Under the pieces are notes generated by a model that was not told where the DNA came from, ran no database searches, and saw only the letters and a program-made list of their open reading frames with translations. From Eledone cirrhosa (Eukaryota): a DNA stretch of 64,000 nt. Made by a program: the position numbers and the translations under genes. Shown one piece after another: positions 11,936 to 24,007 of the stretch. The DNA is taken from positions 383,036,001-383,100,000 of the forward strand of contig OZ024741.1 in assembly GCA_964016885.1 (NCBI GenBank), given 5' to 3'. The stretch's first letter is position 1; each line of letters opens with the position of its first letter.

Positions 11936-13364
11936 TTGAATGAAAACCTAGGTTGTTAATCCACATTCGTCTTTAATCTCAACAATTGTTTATATATGTA
12001 TAAGGGCAGTGCCAGTACATATAATCATAGATTCAAATAGATACGACTTATAATTTAAATGGCATTGCCACACAGATAGGCTATTCATGAAGATAATGGT
12101 TTGAAAGGGCAGTTTAGTTACTTAACACATCAGTAAGATTATAAGTAAACACAATACATAGGTAAATGCAAGATTACAAAAGACGAAGAGAACAGATAAA
12201 AAAATATTGAATCAAGAATTTCCATTACCATAGAATAGTCTATTGGCATAAACAATAGTGGCGGAGTTGAGTGGTAGGGTCTGTTGTTATAGAGAGAGAA
12301 TGGATCGCTGATTAGAAATAATCGATCGTATATGTGTCCACGGTTAAGTAGTTATCTGTTTCAGAATATCATTAGAAGAGTGAAATCAGAGATTGTTTGC
12401 TGAAACCTTTAATATATGCTAATAAATAAATATATGTATATATATATATATATGTGTGTATGTGTGTGGTTTGGGGGGTTGTGAGCGTGTGTGTGTGTGT
12501 GTGTGTCGCTCTCAGTTGCCTATTTACTTTTGGATGTATTCTATTTATATTTCTAGCCGAATAATAACGCCAAACGGTCAAAAGAATTTAACTAGATACG
12601 GAGATAATCCGAATGTGAGGATTGAGAAAAAAACAGTTATAATAATAGATAAATTGCGCTTTAGTATAACGACAGTTACAAGTATATTTCGTCGTAACAT
12701 ACAGAAAATAAGACGACATTCTACTGTTTACATATTATGAAGAGTAACTTCAATATAATAGAAACCGCAAACAAACAAACAAAATTGCATAACCAAAGGC
12801 TTTCCTATCTGAGCTCAACAGTGCTGTGAAAGGAAGCATTTTATAATAAGACAATTTAAAAAGTAATGGATTCTAACATATGCACTATGTCTGAAACTAG
12901 GCAGACATTTGTTACATGATATTAAGCACCAACCCCACAGATGTATTTACTAGAATATGTCAGTGACAGTAATTCCGGTTGCGATTTCAACCTTGAGATC
13001 CTTAATAAAAACAAAGCAATCCTAACAAGATTGTACTATATGTTTCGATCGCTCAAATGAAGCTGACAATAACAGTGAAGTATAGACTCTGAAGAAGGTA
13101 AATGTTCTGGTCGGATATTTAATGTTAATATTCACGTAAAGAAATGTTTAGAATACCGATCAATACTTTGTCACATCTTCATTGATTTGGAAATGTGACT
13201 TTTGAACTTTGCATAAGAGGTCTTACGGCGTATTAAAAGATAATATTAAACAAAGCAATTGTCAACATAAAGTCATTGTATAAGCATTCAAATGTTTGGT
13301 TTATGTTAAAAATTCACAAAGTGACTGATTCAAAATAAGTTTCAGTCTGTTTTCAGAATATATA

Positions 13365-13462
13365 ATTGTTTCTACTTTTGGCAAAAGGCCAGCAATTATT
13401 CCAGTGCTTTACTGGTACTTGATTTTGTCGACCCCCCAAAAGGATGAAAGACAAAGTTAACA
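13365..13462 (-). mobile_element. SINE 3' fragment, same family
   Basis: Shared 3' half. Confidence 0.75.
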
Positions 13463-13842
13463 TTTAGAATATATAATGATGGGACGTCTTGATACGTTTC
13501 TAATACATATTAATGTAAAACGTACAAAATGATTTACTGGTGCATATTGAAGGAAATTAAAGGATGTAAAAACTCTTTTACAACTGGAAGAATCTATGAA
13601 ATTGAATTAAATCCTGTATAAGAAGAATAATTATATTAAATAGAAAATGTGAAGACAAAATAACCAATTCAACTGAAATAGCAGTCGAAACGCTCTAACA
13701 GACGTGTGAATTCAAATATTTAGGAAGATCAAAAAAATAAATATCATTCGGGATAGCAACATCTGCAACAAAATAAAATTAGATCCAGTTTGGAAAAAAT
13801 GAAATTATTACTACAAAGATAAAATATAAACTGCACCTTTGG

Positions 13843-14802
13843 ATGAGAACTATAGACAGTGAATCCTCGTGCCACGTCCTCGTCAGCAGGTTTCTTCTAA
13901 ACACAATAGAACCCTCCTTGTTCAGAGAACGTGAGGTCGCCTGTGAGACGTGGGACCGGCTGGGACTTAGCCCAGTAGACGTCCTTCCTCCTTCTCCCCC
14001 TGTTGACGTCAAGTACCCCAAAGCCATCCAGTGCAGCTTGGCCTCAGATAGGCTCAGGCGCCAGCTCAACCAACACCGCCTTGCCTGTTTTCGTGCGGTC
14101 TCCAATCCCCACATTGGTGCCTGGCTCCTTGACCTGCCCTCCTTCTCTACTAGCACGCAGCTAGACAACAATAGCCTGCGCATCGGCGTTTCCTTGAGGG
14201 TCGGCCTCCGGATCTGCGAGCCACACCAATGTCGCTACGGATCCATCGTGGACCCTTTCGGCCTCCATCCGCTCTCCTGTCGCCACAGTGCCGGCCGCCT
14301 TCCACGCCATGCTGCCCTCAACGAGGTCATAAAGCATGGCTTGAACACTGCAGGCTTCCCTTCCCAGCTCGAGCCAGTGGGGCTGGACCGAGGGGACGGC
14401 AAAAGGCCAGATGGCATGACCATCTTCCTGTTCCGCGGTGGCAAATCCCTCGTCTGGGATGCCACTTTCTGCAGCCGCAACCTGGTGCAGTATGCAACTA
14501 ACCCAGGTTCTGCTGTACGTCGGGCTGAGGAGGCTAAACTCCTCAAATACCGGTCGCTCTCCGACAGGTTTGCGGTTGAACCCCTGGCAGTGGAGACTTC
14601 TGGTGTCCTTCGGCCAAGGGCTCCCTCTCTACTCACCACCATAGGCGCTGAGCTCGCCAGCCGCAGGTGTGAGTCCCGCGAGTTGGAGTGGCTTTTCCAT
14701 CGCGTCTCCCTTGCCGTCCTCCGGGGAAACGTTTTCTCAATTCTCACCGCCGGGGCTGTGTGTGCGTGGAGGGAGGGGCATCGCGTATCATTCCATATTT
14801 AA
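13843..14802 (+). mobile_element. 5'-truncated CRE-clade non-LTR retrotransposon; zinc finger plus restriction-like endonuclease C-terminus (319-aa open frame)
   Basis: HPLSC...RHAALN...EPVGL...KRPDGMT...LVWDAT...KLLKY...PLAVETSG motifs of RLE LINEs; GC-rich island from ~13864. Confidence 0.85.
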
Positions 14803-15871
14803 TTTGGTCGGTATGTGTATGTTTATGTTTTCGATGTTGACGAAGACGTAATTGAGTTAACGAATACGTTATCAATTTGACGATGACGGTATATATTATG
14901 TATCAATCAATTATAAAACCTTATACTTTAGATAATGGTAATTGCATTTAAAATGAAATCTTATAGAAAGATGCTTTCATGTTCAGAAAATGGCACTAAC
15001 AAAAGTGTTATGAAATAGTTTGAGAAGGAGACGCCAAATCATAAAACCTTCCTGTCATCTGTTAAAAGGTGGATAATGGAATGGTATCGTTTGAAAACTG
15101 TCTACCTTATCAGCCTATCTCTAGGAAATATAATTAAGGGATATAGCAGAAGCCTACAAGGAATAGATACAAAACGTTAAGGAGAGAACAAAGACAGAAA
15201 TGGTATGAAACCTTATGTGGGAAACATTCTGAGAGAATGCATAGTTTCTTATGCCTACGCCAAACGCGTTCGTTTTGTTAAAGTTTGATTGATGAAATTG
15301 CTGGTGCATTTAAAGTAATACTTAATGTTCAAACTCAAACACCATATTGTTTAAAATATCTGTGTGCTTGAAATGCATAAAAATAACTGACAGTTGTGTT
15401 ATCTGACATATGGAAATGAAAGGAATTCAGTGACATTAATATGGACCTTTCGGGAATGGTTTACAAGTTAATGGTCGGCATATAGGATTGGCTACACTTA
15501 ATATCCGGCGGTTAATCTTTCACGCGACATTTTTGTAGTTTCTTGCACCTCGTATACAAACATTCTGAAGTCACGACTGCTAAATATCAAAGAAAACATG
15601 AAAAACTATCAATGGAAATCAATGCAAAATAAAGTGTCCCTACTTAGAGGAAAATTTGTTTAGAGGACAATTTAACTATTCTAAATTAATGTACTTACAC
15701 AATTTTTCTGTAGTTCGGAATTGTTTCACTACGCAATATCATATGTATTAAATCTGCATGATGTACCGATTTTTTATGTCCATATTTCCTCAGCAGTTAT
15801 GAAAACGTGGCAATTAATGACGTTGATGTTAATAATAGTAATGGTGGTAATGTTAATCACTATAGTAATAA

Positions 15872-16020
15872 TAATTGTTTCTACATTTGGCACAAGGCCA
15901 GCAATTACCCAGTACATTACTGGTACTTTATTTAATCTACCTCGTAAGGATGAAAGGCAAAGTTAACCTCGGTGGGATTTGAACTCAGTCTGTAAAGGGA
16001 CGTAACTATGCTGTAAAGCT
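15872..16020 (-). mobile_element. SINE, same family
   Basis: Shared core and 3' end. Confidence 0.8.
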
Positions 16021-16140
16021 GCTGAGCATAACAATTACGACGTTAATATTGTATGTAGCAGTGTCACCACAATGGGGCTAAACAGTATTTCAGCCTGTGT
16101 TCTTTTTTTTTTGCTTTTTTTTGCTTTTTTTTTGTTAATT

Positions 16141-16411
16141 AAATTTGTCGATCGACTTTCGTCAAATCGGATCGAGGAAACAATGTTTCCATTGGTCTTT
16201 CCAATTGCTAATACTATCTATCGGTCGCAACTCCAGATAGAAGGAGCAACGTGAAATAAAGTGTCTTGCATTATGTCCTTCAGCAAGACACTTTATTTCA
16301 CGTTGCTCCTTCTACCTGGAGTTGCGCCCGATAGGTGGCATTAGCAATTGGAACGACCAACGGAAACAATGTTTGCTCGGTCCGATTTGACGAAAGTCGA
16401 TCGACAAATTT
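16141..16411. repeat. Foldback: ~129-bp inverted arms with 13-bp spacer
   Basis: 16141-16269 approximately reverse-complementary to 16283-16411. Confidence 0.9.
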
Positions 16412-16759
16412 GTTAAATAATCAATATTTATCACTAGTGAAGCATTACTTTTTTTCAAAGCCAATCGACGTAAGGTACGAAAAAGATTGAATTAAAACTT
16501 ATAATACTATAAGAGCAAATGGCGTATATAATTGTGACTACGACATGTTAATGGAAAAGAATGTAAAGATTGACTAGAACAAGTGCTAAAAAATGTAAAG
16601 TTCGAAATGCATAAGCGCAGTTATAAATAAAGAATGATTCTTGAGAAACCAGTTTCTAAGTGGTTAAGCGTAAGTACTAAAGTTAAGAATAGTTAACTTA
16701 ATGTTAACATATTTAATGAGAGGAATAGTCATATCATCGTTTTTGACCATTTATTTCTG

Positions 16760-17320
16760 GGATGTTCGTGAGGGAAAAATCTTCAAGCACGACACCCAGA
16801 GGGCATGTCAAGAGTAACACCCTCCAATTGATCCAGACGGATCTCAAGGTGAGTCCATCTTAGTTCATGCTTTTTTATGTAACCATCTTGCTCCGAGTCT
16901 ACCTCTGGGCCGGCTGGTTGTCCCCGTAAGGTATGTCCTGAGATTCCTTTTTATGACATTCATAACATATGTCTCTCTCATCGGATCTATGACACTTCAA
17001 TTAGAAGAAGTAGCAATGCTATCTACAGCAACCCCCTGATTTACGAGCTACACATACTATCAAGTGACATTACTCCAGAGACCGTTCAAATCAACCTTAT
17101 TTCGGCTGTTTGTAGTCGTGATCGTATACTTACAGTCAATACCCGAGACTAATGAGAATATGGAAGTGTTGACACGAATACCGAATTGAATGTTGTGTGT
17201 TTGGCTTTTACGCCTACCCCCTTCTTTTCATAACTAAATGCTGAAGCTGGCGCATTGCTGCAAATATTGCACTCAATTCAGCCTCCTGTCTTCAGTCGTG
17301 AACACGTCTCCGTGATACTC
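16760..17320 (-). mobile_element. Degenerate RTE-clade LINE 3' fragment
   Basis: Minus strand decodes with stops/shifts to AAMRQL...AK...SVFVS...RSRLQTAEIR...LLLLIEVS, resembling the RTE post-RT region. Confidence 0.6.
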
Positions 17321-17749
17321 TGAGGTAAAATAATTATTCTGAGTGGGACAATAAACCTGGTCTTCTCATTTTAATTATTTCTTCTTTACTAAAGTCAATT
17401 CTACAAATATTTCGGTTGTATAAATTCCTCATCACCAAAGCATCACTTTTGTATTGCTTACCAAGGTTGTGTTCGATGAAACACTAAATAGATGTACATG
17501 TTTCTTTCTACATTAATGGGGGAATGCGTTAATCGGGCAATTGAAATATTTATAATATAAATAACATCAGTGACAAGTAGCCATGAAACGAGAATAGCTG
17601 CATGAGTGTAGTAGAAAATAAATGTTTCTAATAACGAGCTAATATGAAATGAGAGCAGCTGTATAGTGTAACATATAAGGGTTACTGATTTAGGCAGATT
17701 GACTAAATCAGAAAGATTTGTGGGGAAGCAAAGTCGATTAGTTCGACAC

Positions 17750-17905
17750 TTATAGGCTACTGGCACTTTAAATTATCGAGCACGTAAGGATGAAATGCAA
17801 AGCTAACTTTGGTTAGATTTCAGCTCAGAACGTAAAGAGACATAACTATATGCCACAAAGCATATTGCTCGAGGCTATAGCGATACTGCCAATTTACCGC
17901 CCTTG
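17750..17905 (-). mobile_element. SINE, same family, diverged
   Basis: GTAAGGATGAAATGCAAAG...GCTCAGAACGTAAAG...GATACTGCCAA. Confidence 0.7.
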
Positions 17906-19704
17906 AGGGTAGTATGTACTAAATGTACTAGTGTTAAGCTAATATGAAACGAGAGTGACTACATGAGTGCAGTAGATGCTGAATGACGTATCATATCATT
18001 GAGAGGGATGCACACAAATCATATATAATATTATATAACATTTAATTATTGTGTAACATACAACTGGTACGTAAGAAATGACATTGTGGCAGACCAATGA
18101 AAAGAATTCAAGTCACACTACACTGGTTTTTAAAAGAATCTATTGGAAAATGTAATCTTGATATTGTTATTCTTGAAAGATATTTGGGACAGTATGAATG
18201 CTTTGATCATAGGATATACAGCATACAATAAAAAACAAGCAAAAAGCTGAGGAACTAACAACACTTCATACAAATAAGCTGCCACTAAATAAATAGAACA
18301 TGTTTAAAATATGCTTTACGCATTGTCGAAGATATTTATGAAAGGTAAGAGACGGAACTTGTGGTATATGAATGGAATGACCTATAAAAGAATTATGTTG
18401 AATGTGCGAATGATTGAATGGATTAAACTAGCAAAATAAGACAGTTGGTTTAAGTGATAATTACTTTCTATCTTCCTTACATTACTCTAACCTTACTCTA
18501 TAATGAACTATCTCCAGAAATGGCGCATCTATAAAATATTAGCTATAAAACACTTCAACAAGAACGTTCCTTTTCATCTTATTCACATTTAATAGCTTTT
18601 GCGTTAAGCCTCAGCGAATTCATTTTAAATATAATTAATTCAGTAAAAGATCATCTTCAACTTTATGAGACAATTTTGTTGTTGTTTTAATGTAGTTGTT
18701 GATTTTTGTTTTTACATTTTTTGCTGTTTTATTCAATGGGAAATGTGTTTTGATATTAATCTTCTTTCTTATTTTTTGCTACAAAATATTAGCCTTTGAT
18801 GAAGTTTCTAAATTATATTTAAAGCGACTTACGGGCAAAATTTCATAGATTTACACCGAAGTTTATTACGATAGCAATCTACTTTTCACATATATGTATG
18901 TCTGTATGTATGTGCATCTGTGAGAGAGTGTTTGTGTGTATATATATGTGATTGTATATGTGTTGACACTTATGATGAGTTATTTGGTGTATTAAATATA
19001 AGTGTGTATATAAAAGTTTCTAGGAAATATTTTCCAAATTCTAAATGCTTTCCAGCACGGATCTATATACAAGAATACAGTTTTAAATATAGGCTACAGT
19101 TTACATATGTACTCATTTAATATAATAATATAAGCAAAGGTGCATATCAGAGTGCCCACACGCTGATTGATATAGAGTTTTTCCTAGAATTCAGCCGAGA
19201 TTTGTACAAGATATACACACACACAAACACACATGCCCATACACATGCGCACGCACACACGCATGTGCACATATATAAAAATCGCACCGACACAAATATC
19301 TGTGTCTATTTATGTATATATAAGTGTGTGTGTGTTTAGGTGTGTGTTCGTGTGTGTATGCCTGCACGTGTGTTTGTTTAAGCATGTATGACAGTGTTTT
19401 GTGCTTGCTTGTTATTTAGTACAGAAGATGACGATATTCTCTAGACACCTGTTTCATAAATACTTGTACAGCTTGATTTATATGTTCATATTGGAACTTC
19501 AATTTTAAAGCTACCACAACGTGTTATAGCCTTCCGCTATTATAACGTATATGAGAACAAAACTGTACTTAGATTTAGGTTTCAAGATCTGGTTTACAAT
19601 AACAGAAAACATTTCTGAGCGATGTTTAAAATATACCGACTGACCATTTAGTTAAGTGGTTGTGTGAAACTGAACTATGCACATATAACATATACAAGTG
19701 GTTT

Positions 19705-19890
19705 GGCGGTGGTTTGGCACTATCGGTGTAGCGTCAGACACCATGCTTTGCAGCATAGAGTTAAGGCCCTTTGTGTTCTGAGTTCAAATCCGCCGAGGTT
19801 AACTTTGCCTTTTATCCTTACGGGGTTGATAAAATAAAGTACAAGTGATGCACTGTGGTAATCGCTTGCCTTGTGCCAAAAGTAGAAACT
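19705..19890 (+). mobile_element. SINE, same family
   Basis: TGGCACTATCGG A-box-like, GAGTTCAAATCC B-box, shared core. Confidence 0.85.
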
Positions 19891-19926
19891 CTATATTACA
19901 TATTCAAGTATATTCGTCGATTGAAA

Positions 19927-19962
<36 letters not shown>

Positions 19963-20181
19963 TGAAGGAAGTGCAATACTTTTAAAACCAAATTTTATTT
20001 CTTATATTATGTTTCAACTATCCCACAGCGAGTGCACGTGAGAGTTTTGTTGTTAACGCTATTAGTATAGAATGCTCAGTGAAGATATAATTGTTAATAC
20101 TGATGCTAATTAAGGTTGGTCCAACCAGCCAATCTGGATAAAAGTGTATTTAAAGCAGAGGTCAATCCTGGGAAAAAGTCC

Positions 20182-20215
<34 letters not shown>

Positions 20216-20228
20216 GGAGAGGGAGAGA

Positions 20229-20284
<56 letters not shown>

Positions 20285-20299
20285 TACAAATATTGAATA

Positions 20300-20780
20300 A
20301 GCTAAAACATTGACTAGAGGGAATATCAATCACATCAAATTGCATTAAAAAGGAATGAACCCTATACCCGTATGATCCCAGAGGCAAAATGCATCGTCAA
20401 GTGATCTAAATACATTGGGCTCAGCTAATTTTTTTCCTCTAGCTGCAGTTTCACAAGCTAAAATTACTAAGATTTTCCTACCATTAATTAAGATAGTTAA
20501 TTTCCATCCATTAGTTAAGATAGTTAATTTCTTCCAGAAACTTGCTTCATCAACGGAGTGGAATTTCTGTTCCAAGGATTAAGAGAGACAAGATATATTG
20601 ACGTGTTGTCGGATCTCATGTATGCCCGAAATAAAACCAGCATGGTGCACAATAATATACGCATGTGCAAAATTATCAAGGTAAAAAATGTATAATACAG
20701 ACTAGGTGATGAGAAATGTTTTCTACTAGAAATAGCAGTCAATTTTAAAACGCCTATCAACTTGACGCTTTAGGTGTAGC
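20300..20780 (-). mobile_element. Highly degenerate PLE-like RT fragment
   Basis: PNVFRSLDDAFCLW resembles the PLE catalytic RYxDDxF motif. Confidence 0.4.
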
Positions 20781-20837
20781 AATCTATAATTTATATTTGA
20801 AAGTTAGTCAATAATATACATATACATATATTAGGTT

Positions 20838-21018
<181 letters not shown>

Positions 21019-21145
21019 GTATACGTACATGCACATGCATGTGTAGGTTTGTAGGTTTATATATATATATATATATATAGCGTGTTGTGAAGATATGTGT
21101 TAACTAAATCTCCCATCGCAATTTCAAAACCCAAACACACTTTAG

Positions 21146-21241
21146 GGATTTTCTAATCTTGATGGAAAATGCAGTGGTGTTGGAGACTGTCTATACGCCA
21201 ACTTTGTGAAAGAAATGGATATGTCAGATCTTCTCAACGAG
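21146..21241 (+). CDS. Candidate isolated 96-bp coding exon (GFSNLDGKCSGVGDCLYANFVKEMDMSDLLNE), product unrecognised
   Basis: TTTAG| acceptor, GAG|GTATGT donor, open frame, length divisible by 3; no partner exons identified. Confidence 0.35.
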
Positions 21242-21866
21242 GTATGTTCATGTTACATGTTGGCATGTCTTAAATGGTTATGTAACGAAGGAAATAATGT
21301 GCTGATTATAGTTACCAATAAAGAAAGTGTAAAGCGAAATTACGCACAGCATCTTTTTAAATAGTTGCAAAATAAAACTGTGACAGTTATCACCATTTCT
21401 TTCTCTTCATGAAATTGCTTTGAAATTGCGATGATACTCTCTGCCAATTGGCGTTTTTCTCTACTCCTCAATTTCAGACAAGTAAATGCTATACACTTAA
21501 CATTATATATACAAAAGTTATATATAATTATGCATAGATAAATTGAAGCGGTAGATTAGCAACACCATATAGAGGTGATATTTGTAAACGTTCTTTCTTT
21601 ATGTGCTGACTCAAAATCCTGGCACAGTTAGCTTTCCTTTACAGAGCTCTCGGTTAGCAGGATTGTTTCAACAATAGAAAAAAATGATTGCAATATATTT
21701 TCATTAACTTGTAGCAGACCTTGTCAGTAGTCTATCATTGAAATTTTGTTTCAACGAACATTTAATAATTGTTTCTAATTATATATATATATATATAGGA
21801 TAAGGGTAATATTGTATATTACCCTATTACCAGTAAGATAAGTAGTTCAATGTAAAATGCAAATAT

Positions 21867-22010
21867 AATTGTTTCTACTGTTGGCACAAGGCCAGCAATT
21901 ATTCCAGTGCATTAATGGTACTTTATTTTATCGACCACGTAAGGATGAAAAGCAAAGCAAACCTTGACGGGATTTAACTCAGACCGTAAAAGGCCGTAAC
22001 TCTATGCTGC
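21867..22010 (-). mobile_element. SINE, same family
   Basis: Shared core and 3' end. Confidence 0.8.
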
Positions 22011-23292
22011 ATAACGACTCAGAAGTTTCTAGAAGTTTCCACCGGCACTCTAAATCATTTATTTGTCCCATATATGAACGACAAACTATATTTATAAGTA
22101 GATAATGACGAATTAACATGAGGATGTGTAGTTTTTGTTTTGTTATAACATAATTAAATCAACATTTTCGTCGCTCAGCTGACCAACACTAATTGTGTTT
22201 CGCCTTCAAAGTGTTATTTGTTGCATACAAATTATTACAATTGCATGTGACTGAAAATATTTTGTGAACTTGTTTGTGATCTATTTTAAGATCACTTCTT
22301 TCACCACTTGATTCCACTCATTGTTTTGGATATATTTATTTAGTGATAATGTATTTCAATTCTTTAAAGCCCAAACCATTAATCTATATTCATATTAAAC
22401 TCCCACACATACACTTTCAAATTAATTTCCCTTCTACAATCTCTGAAAGATAGAGTATCATAAAATAATTCTTATTGTTTAAAGTTTATATTTTCAAGTA
22501 ATATATTTGGAACTAATTTCACATATTCCTTTTAAAATATACCTTACAATGGCAGAATGTAACAAATTGGTTCCCATTGGCAGACAGTGGAATCCCAAAA
22601 GTATATTTCAAATATTAATTATATAAACCGAGGAATTTAAAATATAGAATTGACTGTGACCAAATATGAAACAAGCATGAAAAGAGATATAACCGAATAA
22701 TTTGCCCGCCCTCAACTATTTATACAACTCCACCACTTTAATAATAAATTATTCCGTTCATCACCAGGGAGGTGGGGGAGGGGCATAACACTAAAATGAC
22801 AGCCTGTCGAAGATCGTATTCTGTTGAGAATTGTCTCCTGACTGTCGAAACAGCTGTGCGCCTACCAAGAGTTATAAATATATGCTAAAACTGACCCTGA
22901 AATTATGTAACTCACACTAGCACTGAGCCACCTACGTTGCTGACCACAATGCTATTAACATCCTATAAAACAATTTCTCTTGCAAATTTTTCATAGGCAA
23001 TCGATAATCGAAATCTCAGAACAAAACATTAGGAATCTGATCGTTAACCACAAATCATATAGGGGAACGGAAATAAAATAACCGTCGAATATTCCCATTT
23101 TATGATGAAAAAATAAGATTAAAATCGGAATGCAAATGTTTTCAATGTTTTTTTGTTTCCTGAGCATAGTTGTATAGAAGAAATTCTCACTTTGCTACAA
23201 GGTTCTATGTTCAGTGGCGAGTGTCCGCTTCTTTAGATTTAGATAGACCCATGCGAGTCGGATTTGGTAATGGGAAACAGTAAATATATGTG

Positions 23293-23344
<52 letters not shown>

Positions 23345-23674
23345 ATTGTTGCATAATATATGCAGACATATGGTGCAGTGCACCTTACTGCTGCATTGGT
23401 GCTGCAGAAACTCGAGTCCGGGAACCTTATAGGCACCAGTTTTACGTCTGTTGTGTGAGGCGAGTTGATGATGAAGGTTCAGTAAAAATTGCTTAGACAT
23501 CCTAGGTGAATGAAGTTGTACTGAAATGGCTGGTCCAGGCTGAGGTTACAAGAGTTGATCTTTAATTGCTTAAACCCACAGAGGAAGAGTCCACAAACCT
23601 CACCGAGTATAGGGCTGCTGTGCTCGGTAAATCTGTCCTAAGGACTGAGTGAAATGATTGTGTGTATATATATG

Positions 23675-23676
<2 letters not shown>

Positions 23677-23731
<55 letters not shown>
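23677..23731. repeat. (AAT)n microsatellite at the 3' end of the first Tx1-like LINE
   Basis: Direct reading. Confidence 0.95.
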
Positions 23732-24007
23732 TTCATTTATTAGCCACAAGGGCCGACATGTAGGGGACAATACAAAGACAGGGACAGTGGGGGTTTACAA
23801 TAAGGTCGAGTAAAAGTGCACAATGGCAAGACTAATTTAACAATGAAAATATAAAAATATAAAATAAACTATGCATAAATATAATAAAATAAATTCCCCG
23901 ATAGGGGGTGGACGACTCTGGGGTGACTCGGGTACTCCACCCTACGCTTCTAGGGCACCCAGGGAGAACACCCCTCTCCTCAAGTTAGCTAGCCTATAGG
24001 CGCATGG

